Source: an uncultured Nitrospirales bacterium (GTDB lineage: Bacteria; Nitrospirota; Nitrospiria; Nitrospirales; UBA8639). From it: DNA of 64,000 nucleotides. The position numbers and the translations under genes were made by a program. Location: positions 1,165,914 to 1,229,913 of the forward strand of contig OX638327.1 of assembly GCA_951812745.1 (NCBI GenBank). Direction: 5' to 3'. Under the pieces are notes generated by a model. It ran no database searches, was not told the DNA's origin, and worked only from the letters and a program-made list of their open reading frames with translations. Shown here one piece after another: positions 56,748 to 64,000 of this stretch. Position 1 is the first letter of the stretch. Every line of letters starts with the position of its first letter.

Positions 56748-57683
56748 CTAGGCCATCCCGGGACGTGAACGGGGCGTCAAGGCCTTCACGCATTGAACGT
56801 CGGCCATATACCGAATCCCCTTGCGTGCAAGCCGGTCCTGATAGCAGGCGGCGCCGCCTCCCCCCATGACCACCGTCGTCAGTGGCAGCACGTGCCGGAC
56901 GATATCATCAATCAGGTCTTTCATGTCATCCAACGCGAGTTCAACGACACAGGAGAAGAGCACGAGTGTGGCCTGGCGGCGTTGGCAAGCCAATCGCACG
57001 ATGTCGACGTTCACGTCGGGGCCGAGATAGGTAACGTGCCATCCGCCGTGGCGAAGAAACCGGACCGCGGACATGGCGCCGATTTCATGGAAGTCATGGG
57101 GCACGCAGGCGACCAAGGCTTGCGGGCAGTCGGTCTCCGAAGCCCGGGGTACGCTTTGAAGTTGCCGGGAGAGTAACCGCTGGATTGTTTGCGAGATCAG
57201 GTGTTCGCCGACGACGCTGATCCGGCCTTGGTGCCAGAGTTCGCCGATAGTCTGGAGCACCGGGAAAAAGACGCCGGTCAAGGCTTGATCGAACCCCCAT
57301 TGCTGAATGAGCAGAGTGATGATCCGATCCACGGTCGTCCGGTCGTTCATGCGTGCCGCCTGGATCAATGCACGGGCCTGGGGTCGGGCCTCCGGATGGG
57401 TATGATGGACGTCGACGGGGCCGGCGTTCATCGCGCGGATCAATGCCTCACGGCCTTGAAGGGCAAGCTGACCGATTGCCGCGCCGGTGTTCAATTGGTG
57501 TTTGAGAAAGAACAGCAATTGCAACTCTGCCGGAGCATACACGCGATACCCGTTTGTTGCGCGTTGGGGGGACAGAAGGTTGTACCGTTGTTCCCACTTT
57601 CGAAGGACGTGACGACTCAGTCCCGTCATCTCCGACAGGTGTTTGATGCCGAATCCTGCTCCGGGAGTCCGAACGCTAGACAT
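56748..57683 (-). CDS. MerR-family regulator with C-terminal cobalamin-binding domain (CarH/LitR-like)
   Basis: N-terminal MerR HTH IKHLSEMTGLSRHVLRKWEQRY. C-terminal B12 motif VPHDFHEIG (DxHxxG) ...VLFSC...MGGGGA. Confidence 0.8.
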   Translation of the reverse strand: MSSVRTPGAGFGIKHLSEMTGLSRHVLRKWEQRYNLLSPQRATNGYRVYAPAELQLLFFLKHQLNTGAAIGQLALQGREALIRAMNAGPVDVHHTHPEARPQARALIQAARMNDRTTVDRIITLLIQQWGFDQALTGVFFPVLQTIGELWHQGRISVVGEHLISQTIQRLLSRQLQSVPRASETDCPQALVACVPHDFHEIGAMSAVRFLRHGGWHVTYLGPDVNVDIVRLACQRRQATLVLFSCVVELALDDMKDLIDDIVRHVLPLTTVVMGGGGAACYQDRLARKGIRYMADVQCVKALTPRSRPGMA

Positions 57684-58677
57684 AGTTGCGCAACATGAGT
57701 TCCTTGGGATGAGGCGCAAGATACACCTGGTCCCTCAGGTACGGAACGTCCAAGACCCGGACGTAGTGTCCGATCAAGGTGACGGGGACGGTCAGCGGCA
57801 CGAACCCCTTCTGATAATCGCCGATCACCGCGTGCAGTTCTCTCCGCGCCGCCGAGCCGAGGGTGTCCTTGAAATGACCGGCCAGATGTTGGAGCACGTT
57901 GACGTGTTTACGAATGGTCGTCTTAACGGCCAGGGCTTCCATAAACCGTTGCCCGTAGGTCCGGGCCAGTTCTCGGGCGGAGTACTGTTTGACATCGGCG
58001 ACCAATCGACCAAGCTCCCGGTAATGGCGCCGGCTGTGGGCTAACAGGAGATATTTGTGGGCCGTATGAAACGCCACCAGCCGTCCGCGGGTGAGGCGTG
58101 CGGCAACCCCTTGCCACCGGTGATAGCCGAACACGCGTTCGATGAAATTTTCCCGAAGCCCCTGGTCCCGGAGTCGTCCTTCTTCCTCGACGGGCATCAG
58201 GGGAAACGCGCGTTGGAACGCATCGGCAAACAATCCCTTCCCCGTCCCCAGCAGATTGCCGTCGCGGGCATACACGCGAACGCGCCGGGTCCCGCAACTG
58301 GGGGAATCTTTTTTGAACACGTAGCCGGACAGGTTCAGCGATTGTAAGTCGCGCAGGCGTTGTTTGGCGTAACGGCGCATCCGGTCGGTGTGGTCGTGGC
58401 GGGAACGAACCGTGATCAAGCGCGGTTCAGCCACGTCATCGACCAGACGCATGGATTCTCTCGGCGTGCCGAATCCGGCTTCCACCTCGGGACACACCGG
58501 CACCCACTCCACGTGTTGCCCGAGCACGTCCACCAGAAACTGATCCCGCTTATGGCCGCCGTCGTACCGGACGGGTTCACCCAACAGACAGCGGCTGATC
58601 CCCAACCGCATGGGAAGATCCGACGCGATGGGCGGCTCCGCCGGGAGCGGGTGCTCGGGCCTGAAGCGGGATAGCAT
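57676..58677 (-). CDS. DUF523 + DUF1722 fusion (YbgA-like)
   Basis: ISRCLLGEPVRYDGGHK...VCPEVEAGFGTPRE (DUF523) and FHTAHKYLLLAHS...LAGHFK (DUF1722). Confidence 0.8.
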   Translation of the reverse strand: MLSRFRPEHPLPAEPPIASDLPMRLGISRCLLGEPVRYDGGHKRDQFLVDVLGQHVEWVPVCPEVEAGFGTPRESMRLVDDVAEPRLITVRSRHDHTDRMRRYAKQRLRDLQSLNLSGYVFKKDSPSCGTRRVRVYARDGNLLGTGKGLFADAFQRAFPLMPVEEEGRLRDQGLRENFIERVFGYHRWQGVAARLTRGRLVAFHTAHKYLLLAHSRRHYRELGRLVADVKQYSARELARTYGQRFMEALAVKTTIRKHVNVLQHLAGHFKDTLGSAARRELHAVIGDYQKGFVPLTVPVTLIGHYVRVLDVPYLRDQVYLAPHPKELMLRNYV

Positions 58678-58687
58678 GAGCGGTTCC

Positions 58688-59167
58688 TCAGATCCGTTGT
58701 TCTTCTTCGGTCAACTGCGCCTCGCTGGCGCGAATGATCGTCACTTCCTTCACGTCGAAAAAGGTTTTGACGAGGAGCGTGACGGACGCCCCGACCTCGC
58801 CCCGTATCATGGACACGACCTCCCGGTACGTCATGCCTTTGACGGACCGGCCGTCCACGGACAGAATTTCCTGCCCGTGCGTCAGCCCCGCTCTGACCGC
58901 CGGTCCCAGGGGATGCGTGGCCCGGATAAACAGGCCCGCAGGATCGCCGATGCGTTCGGCGGTAAGATGCAGCGCCACGCCGATGATGCCCGGTGGGGGC
59001 AACATGGGGTCCGACAGATCACCGTGAGGATTGCCTTGTGGGGGAAGCCCTTGCTGCGCATGACTTTGGATCGGGATCATCAACAAGAGGGCAAGCAAGG
59101 CGGCAAGAAGAAAGCCACCCTGAATGGTTTCTTGAAGCGAGAACGTCGTTGCTGATGGATGCATCAC
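58688..59167 (-). CDS. secreted PDZ-domain protein
   Basis: Signal/TM segment, then GLFIRATHPLGPAVRAGLTHGQEILSVDGRSVKGMTYREVVSMIRG. Confidence 0.7.
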   Translation of the reverse strand: MMHPSATTFSLQETIQGGFLLAALLALLLMIPIQSHAQQGLPPQGNPHGDLSDPMLPPPGIIGVALHLTAERIGDPAGLFIRATHPLGPAVRAGLTHGQEILSVDGRSVKGMTYREVVSMIRGEVGASVTLLVKTFFDVKEVTIIRASEAQLTEEEQRI

Positions 59168-59177
59168 TCTTCTCCTT

Positions 59178-59648
59178 TCAAATCAATCCGACCAAACACA
59201 ATCCCAGAACGAGCACGACGCCGTTAAGCTGAACCGAGCGGCGATGAAGGGTGTCCCGATCCTTGCGAACCGAGACGATGTCCACGCCACGTTGCGTGGC
59301 GTCCTTGAGCCGGTCGCTCAAGGCATTGATACGTGGGGTCAATGGTGAGCGACAGTAATTCTCGATGGCCAGGATGCCGAGCCACAGCGTGGCAGCCAGC
59401 AGATCCGGCGGGCCGAACCCGTTAAGCAGGCCGAGACTCGTGATGCTCGCCCACCCGACAATGGCCGCCAGCATGCCCAGTGCGTAATAGCGCGGAAAGA
59501 GCATGCGTACCACGCGCGCAAAGGCGTCGGGGTCCAGGGCTCGGGCCAGGACCGGTGCGGTGACGAACGACAGGAAGACGACTTTTCCGACCAACACGGC
59601 GATCGCCAGCAAGTGGAGATAAGCGAGAATTTCGACCATCATAATCAT
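59178..59648 (-). CDS. DUF4149-family membrane protein
   Basis: Four TM helices, with LSFVTAPVLARAL...MLFPRYYALG. Trimmed to an internal Met because the upstream extension is REP family D. Confidence 0.65.
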   Translation of the reverse strand: MIMMVEILAYLHLLAIAVLVGKVVFLSFVTAPVLARALDPDAFARVVRMLFPRYYALGMLAAIVGWASITSLGLLNGFGPPDLLAATLWLGILAIENYCRSPLTPRINALSDRLKDATQRGVDIVSVRKDRDTLHRRSVQLNGVVLVLGLCLVGLI

Positions 59649-59653
59649 ATCTT

Positions 59654-59733
59654 GTAGGGGACGGCCCCTGTGCCGTCCCGAATGAATTATACGCCCTCCC
59701 CGACGGACAACCACAGGGGGTTGTCCCTACAAC
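59654..59733. repeat. REP family D
   Basis: gtaggggacggcccctgtgccgtccc...gacaaccacagggggttgtccctacaac. Confidence 0.85.
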
Positions 59734-59742
59734 GGATGAACA

Positions 59743-60666
59743 TCACCCGCCCTTCCCCAGGATCGCGGACAAGGCCGATTCCAGGTCCGAATATTTGAAG
59801 GTAAATCCCAGTTGTTGCGCCACGAGGGGATGCACCGATTGCCCATGAGTCATGAGCGTCGACAATTCACCTAATCCGAGTCGCAGGGCCCAGGCCGGAA
59901 CGGGAAGCCGGCACGGTCTGCCCAGGACCCGGCCCAGTTGCAGGCACAATTCCTTCATCGTAACCGGACGAGGGGAAGCCGCATTGAGAGAGCCTTTGTA
60001 CGAAGGCTGCTCAAGAACGGCCAAGACGAGCCGTCCCAGGTCCTCGACGTGGATCCAGCTTACGGGTTGGGTGCCCTTGCCGATAATACCACCAAGAAAG
60101 AGTTTGAAAGGGAGCAGCATCTTTTGCAGGGCGCCGCCGTCTTTCCCCAACACCATACTGATTCTCAGGCACGTGGTCCGAATGCCGTAGTCCGTCGCCC
60201 GGAAGGCTTCACGTTCCCATTCCACGCACAAGTCGGCCAAGAATCCGGTTCCCGGCCCTTGCGTTTCATCGACGCCGGCGGCGGTCTCGAGTCCGTAGAA
60301 TCCGATCCCGGACGAACTGATGAAGATGGCGGGTCGAACCGGCGCGGAGAGACCGGACAACGCCGTTACGATCGTCCGCGTGGTTTCGATCCGGCTGGCA
60401 CGAAGCACGTGCTTGCGCGACGGCGTCCACCGGCGGTCGGCGACAGGGGCGCCCGCAAGGTTGATCACCGCGTCCTGCCCCTGAAAGGTTTGTGCCAGGC
60501 TCTGCCAATCAGACGGATCCCATTCTCGAACCCGAACGTCGCCTCCGACCACGGGAGCCGTGCGTCGGGTGCGGGTCAGAATGGTCACCGCGTGTCCGCC
60601 GCCGGTCAGGATCGGAGCCATGTGCCTGCCGATAAAACCGGTTCCGCCCACGATGATCACGTTCAT
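59743..60666 (-). CDS. TIGR01777/YfcH-like NAD-dependent epimerase family protein (DUF1731 C-terminus)
   Basis: MNVIIVGGTGFIGRH...C-terminal ...GQSVHPLVAQQLGFTFKYSDLESAL. Confidence 0.8.
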   Translation of the reverse strand: MNVIIVGGTGFIGRHMAPILTGGGHAVTILTRTRRTAPVVGGDVRVREWDPSDWQSLAQTFQGQDAVINLAGAPVADRRWTPSRKHVLRASRIETTRTIVTALSGLSAPVRPAIFISSSGIGFYGLETAAGVDETQGPGTGFLADLCVEWEREAFRATDYGIRTTCLRISMVLGKDGGALQKMLLPFKLFLGGIIGKGTQPVSWIHVEDLGRLVLAVLEQPSYKGSLNAASPRPVTMKELCLQLGRVLGRPCRLPVPAWALRLGLGELSTLMTHGQSVHPLVAQQLGFTFKYSDLESALSAILGKGG

Positions 60667-61487
60667 CGTTCGCCTCCCGCGACCGGTCCGGGTGCGGCGG
60701 ACACGTCCCTCGCACAACGGAAGCCGGTCCCATGGGTTTTCAGGGCGAACCCTCCTTTGCCCCGGGCTGCCGCGCGAATGTCGGGTTCGAAACTGTGCCA
60801 GGAGCCCCCCCGGATGACTTTGAGCAGTCCGGTTTCAGGGCCCTGGGGGTTTCGATCCGGCGCGATCCGGTAGTAATCTTTCGCGTACCAGTCCTGAACC
60901 CATTCCCGTGCGTTGCCGGACATGTCATGGACGCCGTAGGGAGAGACTCCATCCGGGAGCGACCCGACCGGCAACAGCGTTTCCGTGGCCACCCAATCAC
61001 GATTGAAATTGACGCGACGGGCTGAGGGGGCCTTGTTTCCCCACGGATAGGCTCTCCCGTCGGTACCCCGTGCGGCTTTTTCCCATTCGGCTTCAGTCGG
61101 CAACCGTTTGCCGACCCACTGGCAATAATCTTCGGCATCATGCCACGTGACCTGCACCACGGGTAAGTTCTCGATACCCTTCACCTCGAATAAGGAGCCC
61201 GTGCCGTACACGTTGAACGGTTCCTTGTGCCCCGTAGCCGCGATGAACTTGAGGTACTGGGCATTGGTGACTTCATATGTATCGATCATAAAGGCGTTGA
61301 GATAGATCGTGCGACGAGGCCGTTCGTCGGTCCGCCGGGTTTCCGCGCCGCTTCCTCGAATAAACCCGCCTTCTGCAATGGCGACCATGGCAGTGGGATC
61401 CCGTTCTCTTACGGGATGGTCTGCGAAAGCCGTGCCGTGCCCCAACAGCATGCACAGGGTGAGTGACGTGATCAATGGCGTGTTCAT
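60663..61487 (-). CDS. formylglycine-generating enzyme (SUMF1/FGE-sulfatase) domain protein, secreted
   Basis: ...FMIDTYEVTNAQY...VTWHDAEDYCQWVGKRLPTEAEWEKAARG...RGGSWHS...GFRCA. Confidence 0.8.
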   Translation of the reverse strand: MNTPLITSLTLCMLLGHGTAFADHPVRERDPTAMVAIAEGGFIRGSGAETRRTDERPRRTIYLNAFMIDTYEVTNAQYLKFIAATGHKEPFNVYGTGSLFEVKGIENLPVVQVTWHDAEDYCQWVGKRLPTEAEWEKAARGTDGRAYPWGNKAPSARRVNFNRDWVATETLLPVGSLPDGVSPYGVHDMSGNAREWVQDWYAKDYYRIAPDRNPQGPETGLLKVIRGGSWHSFEPDIRAAARGKGGFALKTHGTGFRCARDVSAAPGPVAGGER

Positions 61488-61855
61488 GGTTTTCGCCTTC
61501 GACTCTTTTCTTTGATGTGTATTGCAATCTCCTCAATCCGTGCCGTGAGTGCAGAGACGGCGCGGGTGTCATTGCCTCGGGCCGCCTGTCGAGCATCGAC
61601 CAACAGGAGCCGGGATTCATGCAAATCCCGTTCGATCTGCGTCTGGATGGCCGGAGAAGCCAGGGTGCCACTCAACGCGGCCTGGTGGAAGACCTCCCAC
61701 GCCTCATCCACGTTCTTATCGGCCCGGTAGAGCGATTCCTGTATGGGGCTCCGCGGATGAAAATGGGGCCCTGCATGACCGGCCCAACCCGGCTCCGTTC
61801 CCCAGGCGATCGTCCACGCCATGCAACTCAGGGTTAAATAATAAAGGATTTTCAT
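61484..61855 (-). CDS. hypothetical small secreted protein
   Basis: MKILYYLTLSCMAWTIAWG is signal-like, followed by a helical region. Its stop overlaps the downstream FGE start (ATGA). The longer ORF-track version is an artefact. Confidence 0.5.
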   Translation of the reverse strand: MKILYYLTLSCMAWTIAWGTEPGWAGHAGPHFHPRSPIQESLYRADKNVDEAWEVFHQAALSGTLASPAIQTQIERDLHESRLLLVDARQAARGNDTRAVSALTARIEEIAIHIKEKSRRRKP

Positions 61856-61923
61856 GATCCACCTTTCTTGGCTTTTCCGGTGTCTTGCAGGGAAAGTGCG
61901 CGTGAGAGCACTGCCCGTTTGAA

Positions 61924-62148
61924 TTATTCTGAGGCCGTTTTCGCACATCGAAAACCCAGGCCCACGCCGTAGCTGTTGTTCATAGGATGATTCCAGAACC
62001 GATGGGTGGCGGTCACGGTCTGCTCCGCCGCGATCCACGATCCACCCCGGATCACCTTTTTGGCACCGACCGTGAGGCGGTCCACGTAGGTTCCGGTTCC
62101 ACCGAGCCATACGGGCGCCGAGGGACCTGAGGGATTTGCGGCCCCACG
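61924..62148 (-). pseudogene. 3' fragment of an FGE-domain gene (no start codon)
   Basis: Open in frame directly after the TAA of the upstream FGE gene. It reads ...NPSGPSAPVW...KKVIRGGSWIAAEQTVTATHRFWNHPMNNSYGVGLGFRCAKTASE*, close to the C-terminus of the 62149-63096 protein (HRFWNQPENNSYGVGLGFRCA). Confidence 0.55.
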
Positions 62149-63096
62149 TTACATGTTCATTTGCTTTAAGATAAGCGATCGCGTTTGCCGATACTCCACG
62201 TTTGCGGGATCACGTTTGATCGCCCGGTCGATGGATTTCAACGCATCGTTCCATTGCTCCTTGCCCATGCTGATGAGGGCATGCATGAAATCATATCTCA
62301 CCACGTCACGGCCTGTGCCGTCCGCCGACAGGGCGCATCGGAATCCGAGCCCCACCCCGTAGGAGTTGTTCTCCGGCTGATTCCAGAACCGGTGGCTCGT
62401 GTGCAGGGACGTCTGGGGAGCCAGCCAGGACCCGCCTTTCAGGACTTTGACCGGCCCTTGGTTGGCAAAGTTGTAGCCATCGGAAGGCCCTTGGGGATTG
62501 AAGGCCGGGCTGACCCGGAAATAATTCGGGTCATACCAATCGCCGACCCATTCAAAGACGTTGCCGGCCATGTTATACACTCCAAAATGACTCACGCCCT
62601 CGGGGTAGGAGTTCACGGGCATGGTTTTTCCCACGTGTTGACCATAGTTGGCCTTGGTGGGATCGACGCCGTGTCCCCATGGGAAATGGCTCCCGTCAGG
62701 CCCGGTGGCCGCGTGTTCCCATTCGGCTTCCGTGGGCAGCCGTTTACCCGTCCATTCACAGTAGGCGTTGGCATCGTACCAGTTGACCCCGACCACGGGT
62801 TGGTCGGGCTTGTTCAGGCGTGGGTCGTCCCAGTAGGCCGGAGCCGGATGGTCGGTGGCCTGCATGAAGTCCCGATACTTGGCGTTCGACACCTCATAGA
62901 TGTCGATGTAATACCCATCCAGTACGACTTGATGGGGCAGTTCATCGCTATGGTCCTTGCTGCCCATGGTAAATTCACCCTTGGGGATCAGGACCATGTC
63001 CGTGGTGTCTCCGGCCAGCGCCGCAGCCCAGGGGCTGCCAAGCAAGGCCCAGGTCATGAGAACAACCGTGGTTGGCGTAAGGATACGTGTGTTCAT
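62149..63096 (-). CDS. FGE/SUMF1-domain protein with C-terminal TPR-like tail, secreted
   Basis: Signal MNTRILTPTTVVLMTWALLGSPWAAALA; ...YYIDIYEVSNAKY...VNWYDANAYCEWTGKRLPTEAEWEHAA...KGGSW. Confidence 0.8.
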   Translation of the reverse strand: MNTRILTPTTVVLMTWALLGSPWAAALAGDTTDMVLIPKGEFTMGSKDHSDELPHQVVLDGYYIDIYEVSNAKYRDFMQATDHPAPAYWDDPRLNKPDQPVVGVNWYDANAYCEWTGKRLPTEAEWEHAATGPDGSHFPWGHGVDPTKANYGQHVGKTMPVNSYPEGVSHFGVYNMAGNVFEWVGDWYDPNYFRVSPAFNPQGPSDGYNFANQGPVKVLKGGSWLAPQTSLHTSHRFWNQPENNSYGVGLGFRCALSADGTGRDVVRYDFMHALISMGKEQWNDALKSIDRAIKRDPANVEYRQTRSLILKQMNM

Positions 63097-63166
63097 ACTG
63101 TCTCTCCTTTGTGCAGGGACAGGCCTGCGGGCCTGTCCGGGTGAAGGTAGAAGGTTTCTCGTTTTG

Positions 63167-63466
63167 TCAACATCGACGATCACAGGGCGCGGGGTTTCTG
63201 CTCAACGCCTCCACCCCGTTCCAACGTCTGCGACGCACCGCCTTGAGCGCCGAAAGATCCACACAGGTCCGGTGTCTGAGAATGAGCGAATCCACGATAT
63301 CTCCGCACTGCACGCACCGCCACGCCCATCGGCGCATATGCCCCGTGTCGTCGAACAGATCGAACAGCCCTTCCCTGATCAACAGTCCGCCGCACCGAGT
63401 GCAGGCTTTCACGTGCTGAACCACGCCCAGCCCCGAGCCCGAGTCGATGTCGTTTGAGGTAGCCAT
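63167..63466 (-). CDS. hypothetical zinc-ribbon protein
   Basis: Two CxxC pairs: CTRCGG...CVQCGD. Confidence 0.5.
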   Translation of the reverse strand: MATSNDIDSGSGLGVVQHVKACTRCGGLLIREGLFDLFDDTGHMRRWAWRCVQCGDIVDSLILRHRTCVDLSALKAVRRRRWNGVEALSRNPAPCDRRC

Positions 63467-63528
63467 ATCTGCGCCCCTTGGTTAAACGGTAAACGTTCCG
63501 GCAGTTGTGTGCTCCATCTCAATGTCTA

Positions 63529-63543
63529 TCAAATTGCGTGCCA
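63529..63543 (-). promoter_or_regulatory. sigma-54-like -24/-12 element
   Basis: The minus strand reads TTGGCACGCAATTTGAT versus consensus YTGGCACGrNNNTTGCW (the -12 GC is GA). It lies about 65 nt upstream of ATG 63466. Confidence 0.35.
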
Positions 63544-63625
63544 AATTTTTCAGTGAGAATTTTCACTTGCATTTCAGAAGGTTAGACAACTCTTCGACAA
63601 AGGCAGCGGAAAGCTGGTTTTTTTG

Positions 63626-63665
63626 ATGAGACAGTAAATTGTCTCATGATTGACACGTGAGACAT
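63626..63665. promoter_or_regulatory. palindrome ATGAGACA-N6-TGTCTCAT plus a third half-site (candidate enhancer/operator)
   Basis: atgagacagtaaattgtctcat (63626-63647) and gtgagacat (63657-63665), about 85-120 nt upstream of the sigma-54-like element. Confidence 0.4.
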
Positions 63666-63683
63666 GCCGACAAGGATGTAAGG

Positions 63684-63756
63684 ACACCCCCCGTGGTTGT
63701 CCGTCGGGGATGGGATGTGGGGCATACGGGACGGCACGCAGGCCGTCCCCGACAAC
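63684..63756. repeat. REP family D
   Basis: ggttgtccgtcgggg...gggacggcacgcaggccgtccccgacaac. Confidence 0.85.
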
Positions 63757-63879
63757 GACAAGAACGTAATCGGGGTCGCCAGGCGTCAAGCCCAGCTACC
63801 TCCTTGGGGGATTGTCTGTGTTCAGTCATTCACTGACGGTTTTCGACTTTGCGTTCTGTGCCCTAGCGGCTTCTCGCCG

Positions 63880-63982
63880 TTGTAGCAGCGGCATCCCGGG
63901 TCAAGCCCGTGGACATGCCTTATGCCGCCTCGAGAAGCCACTGGGAAGTCGCGCCATAAGATGGCGCGGCCACAAATATTGG
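63880..63982 (+). repeat. ~100-nt intergenic element (family F), inverted copy of 3353-3443
   Basis: ttgtagcagcggcatcccgggtcaagcccgtggacatgccttatgcc...gatggcgcggccacaaatattgg. Confidence 0.75.
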
Positions 63983-64000
63983 GGGGGCTCCCCCACCCGC

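Noticed and set aside
61856-62110. Upstream part of the 208-aa ORF 61484-62110
   Set aside because: Its translation is R/G-rich junk. The same DNA in another frame encodes the FGE C-terminal fragment. The real small protein starts at MKILYY (61855).

Overview
64-kb bacterial chromosomal window, moderately GC-rich. Gene order and repeat families remind me of Nitrospirota-type genomes, but I cannot verify taxonomy from here. Layout: (i) 1-3.9 kb is an AT-richer accessory islet. It holds a TIR + P-loop NTPase gene that is open at the window edge and missing from the ORF track, two toxin-antitoxin loci (one decayed), and a repeat-rich non-coding stretch. (ii) 3.9-18.4 kb is a core housekeeping block: queA, spoIID-like, asd, NHL protein, leuB, leuA, pssA, psd, ilvC, ilvN, ilvB, bioF. 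(iii) 18.4-28.7 kb is mixed: a Sel1-repeat protein, a visibly GC-richer ggt flanked by an orphan vapB and an integrase stub, beta-carbonic anhydrase, cytochrome c, a hydrolase, purC, a DUF3422-like gene and vapBC. (iv) 28.8-56.5 kb is a very large phosphate/polyphosphate supercluster: OprO/P-type porin, CBS-psiE-arsC, sixA, ppx, an IMPase, CYTH-CHAD, ppk1, pstSCAB-phoU and phoBR. Five, possibly six, promoters there share one Pho-box-like architecture. One of them drives a tightly coupled four-gene operon of unknown function: an 814-aa orphan protein, a PSD-family decarboxylase, an Lgt-family transferase and a TPR lipoprotein. This operon is my best candidate for an undescribed system, possibly P-starvation membrane-lipid remodelling. 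(v) 56.7-63.5 kb is a long minus-strand array: a zinc-ribbon protein, two FGE/SUMF1-like genes plus a gene fragment, a YfcH-like epimerase, DUF4149, a PDZ protein, a YbgA-like protein and a B12-binding MerR (CarH/LitR-like) regulator. A sigma-54-like promoter and a palindrome lie upstream. Intergenic regions are saturated with several palindromic REP-like repeat families that generate many spurious ORFs. I found no rRNA, tRNA or CRISPR array.
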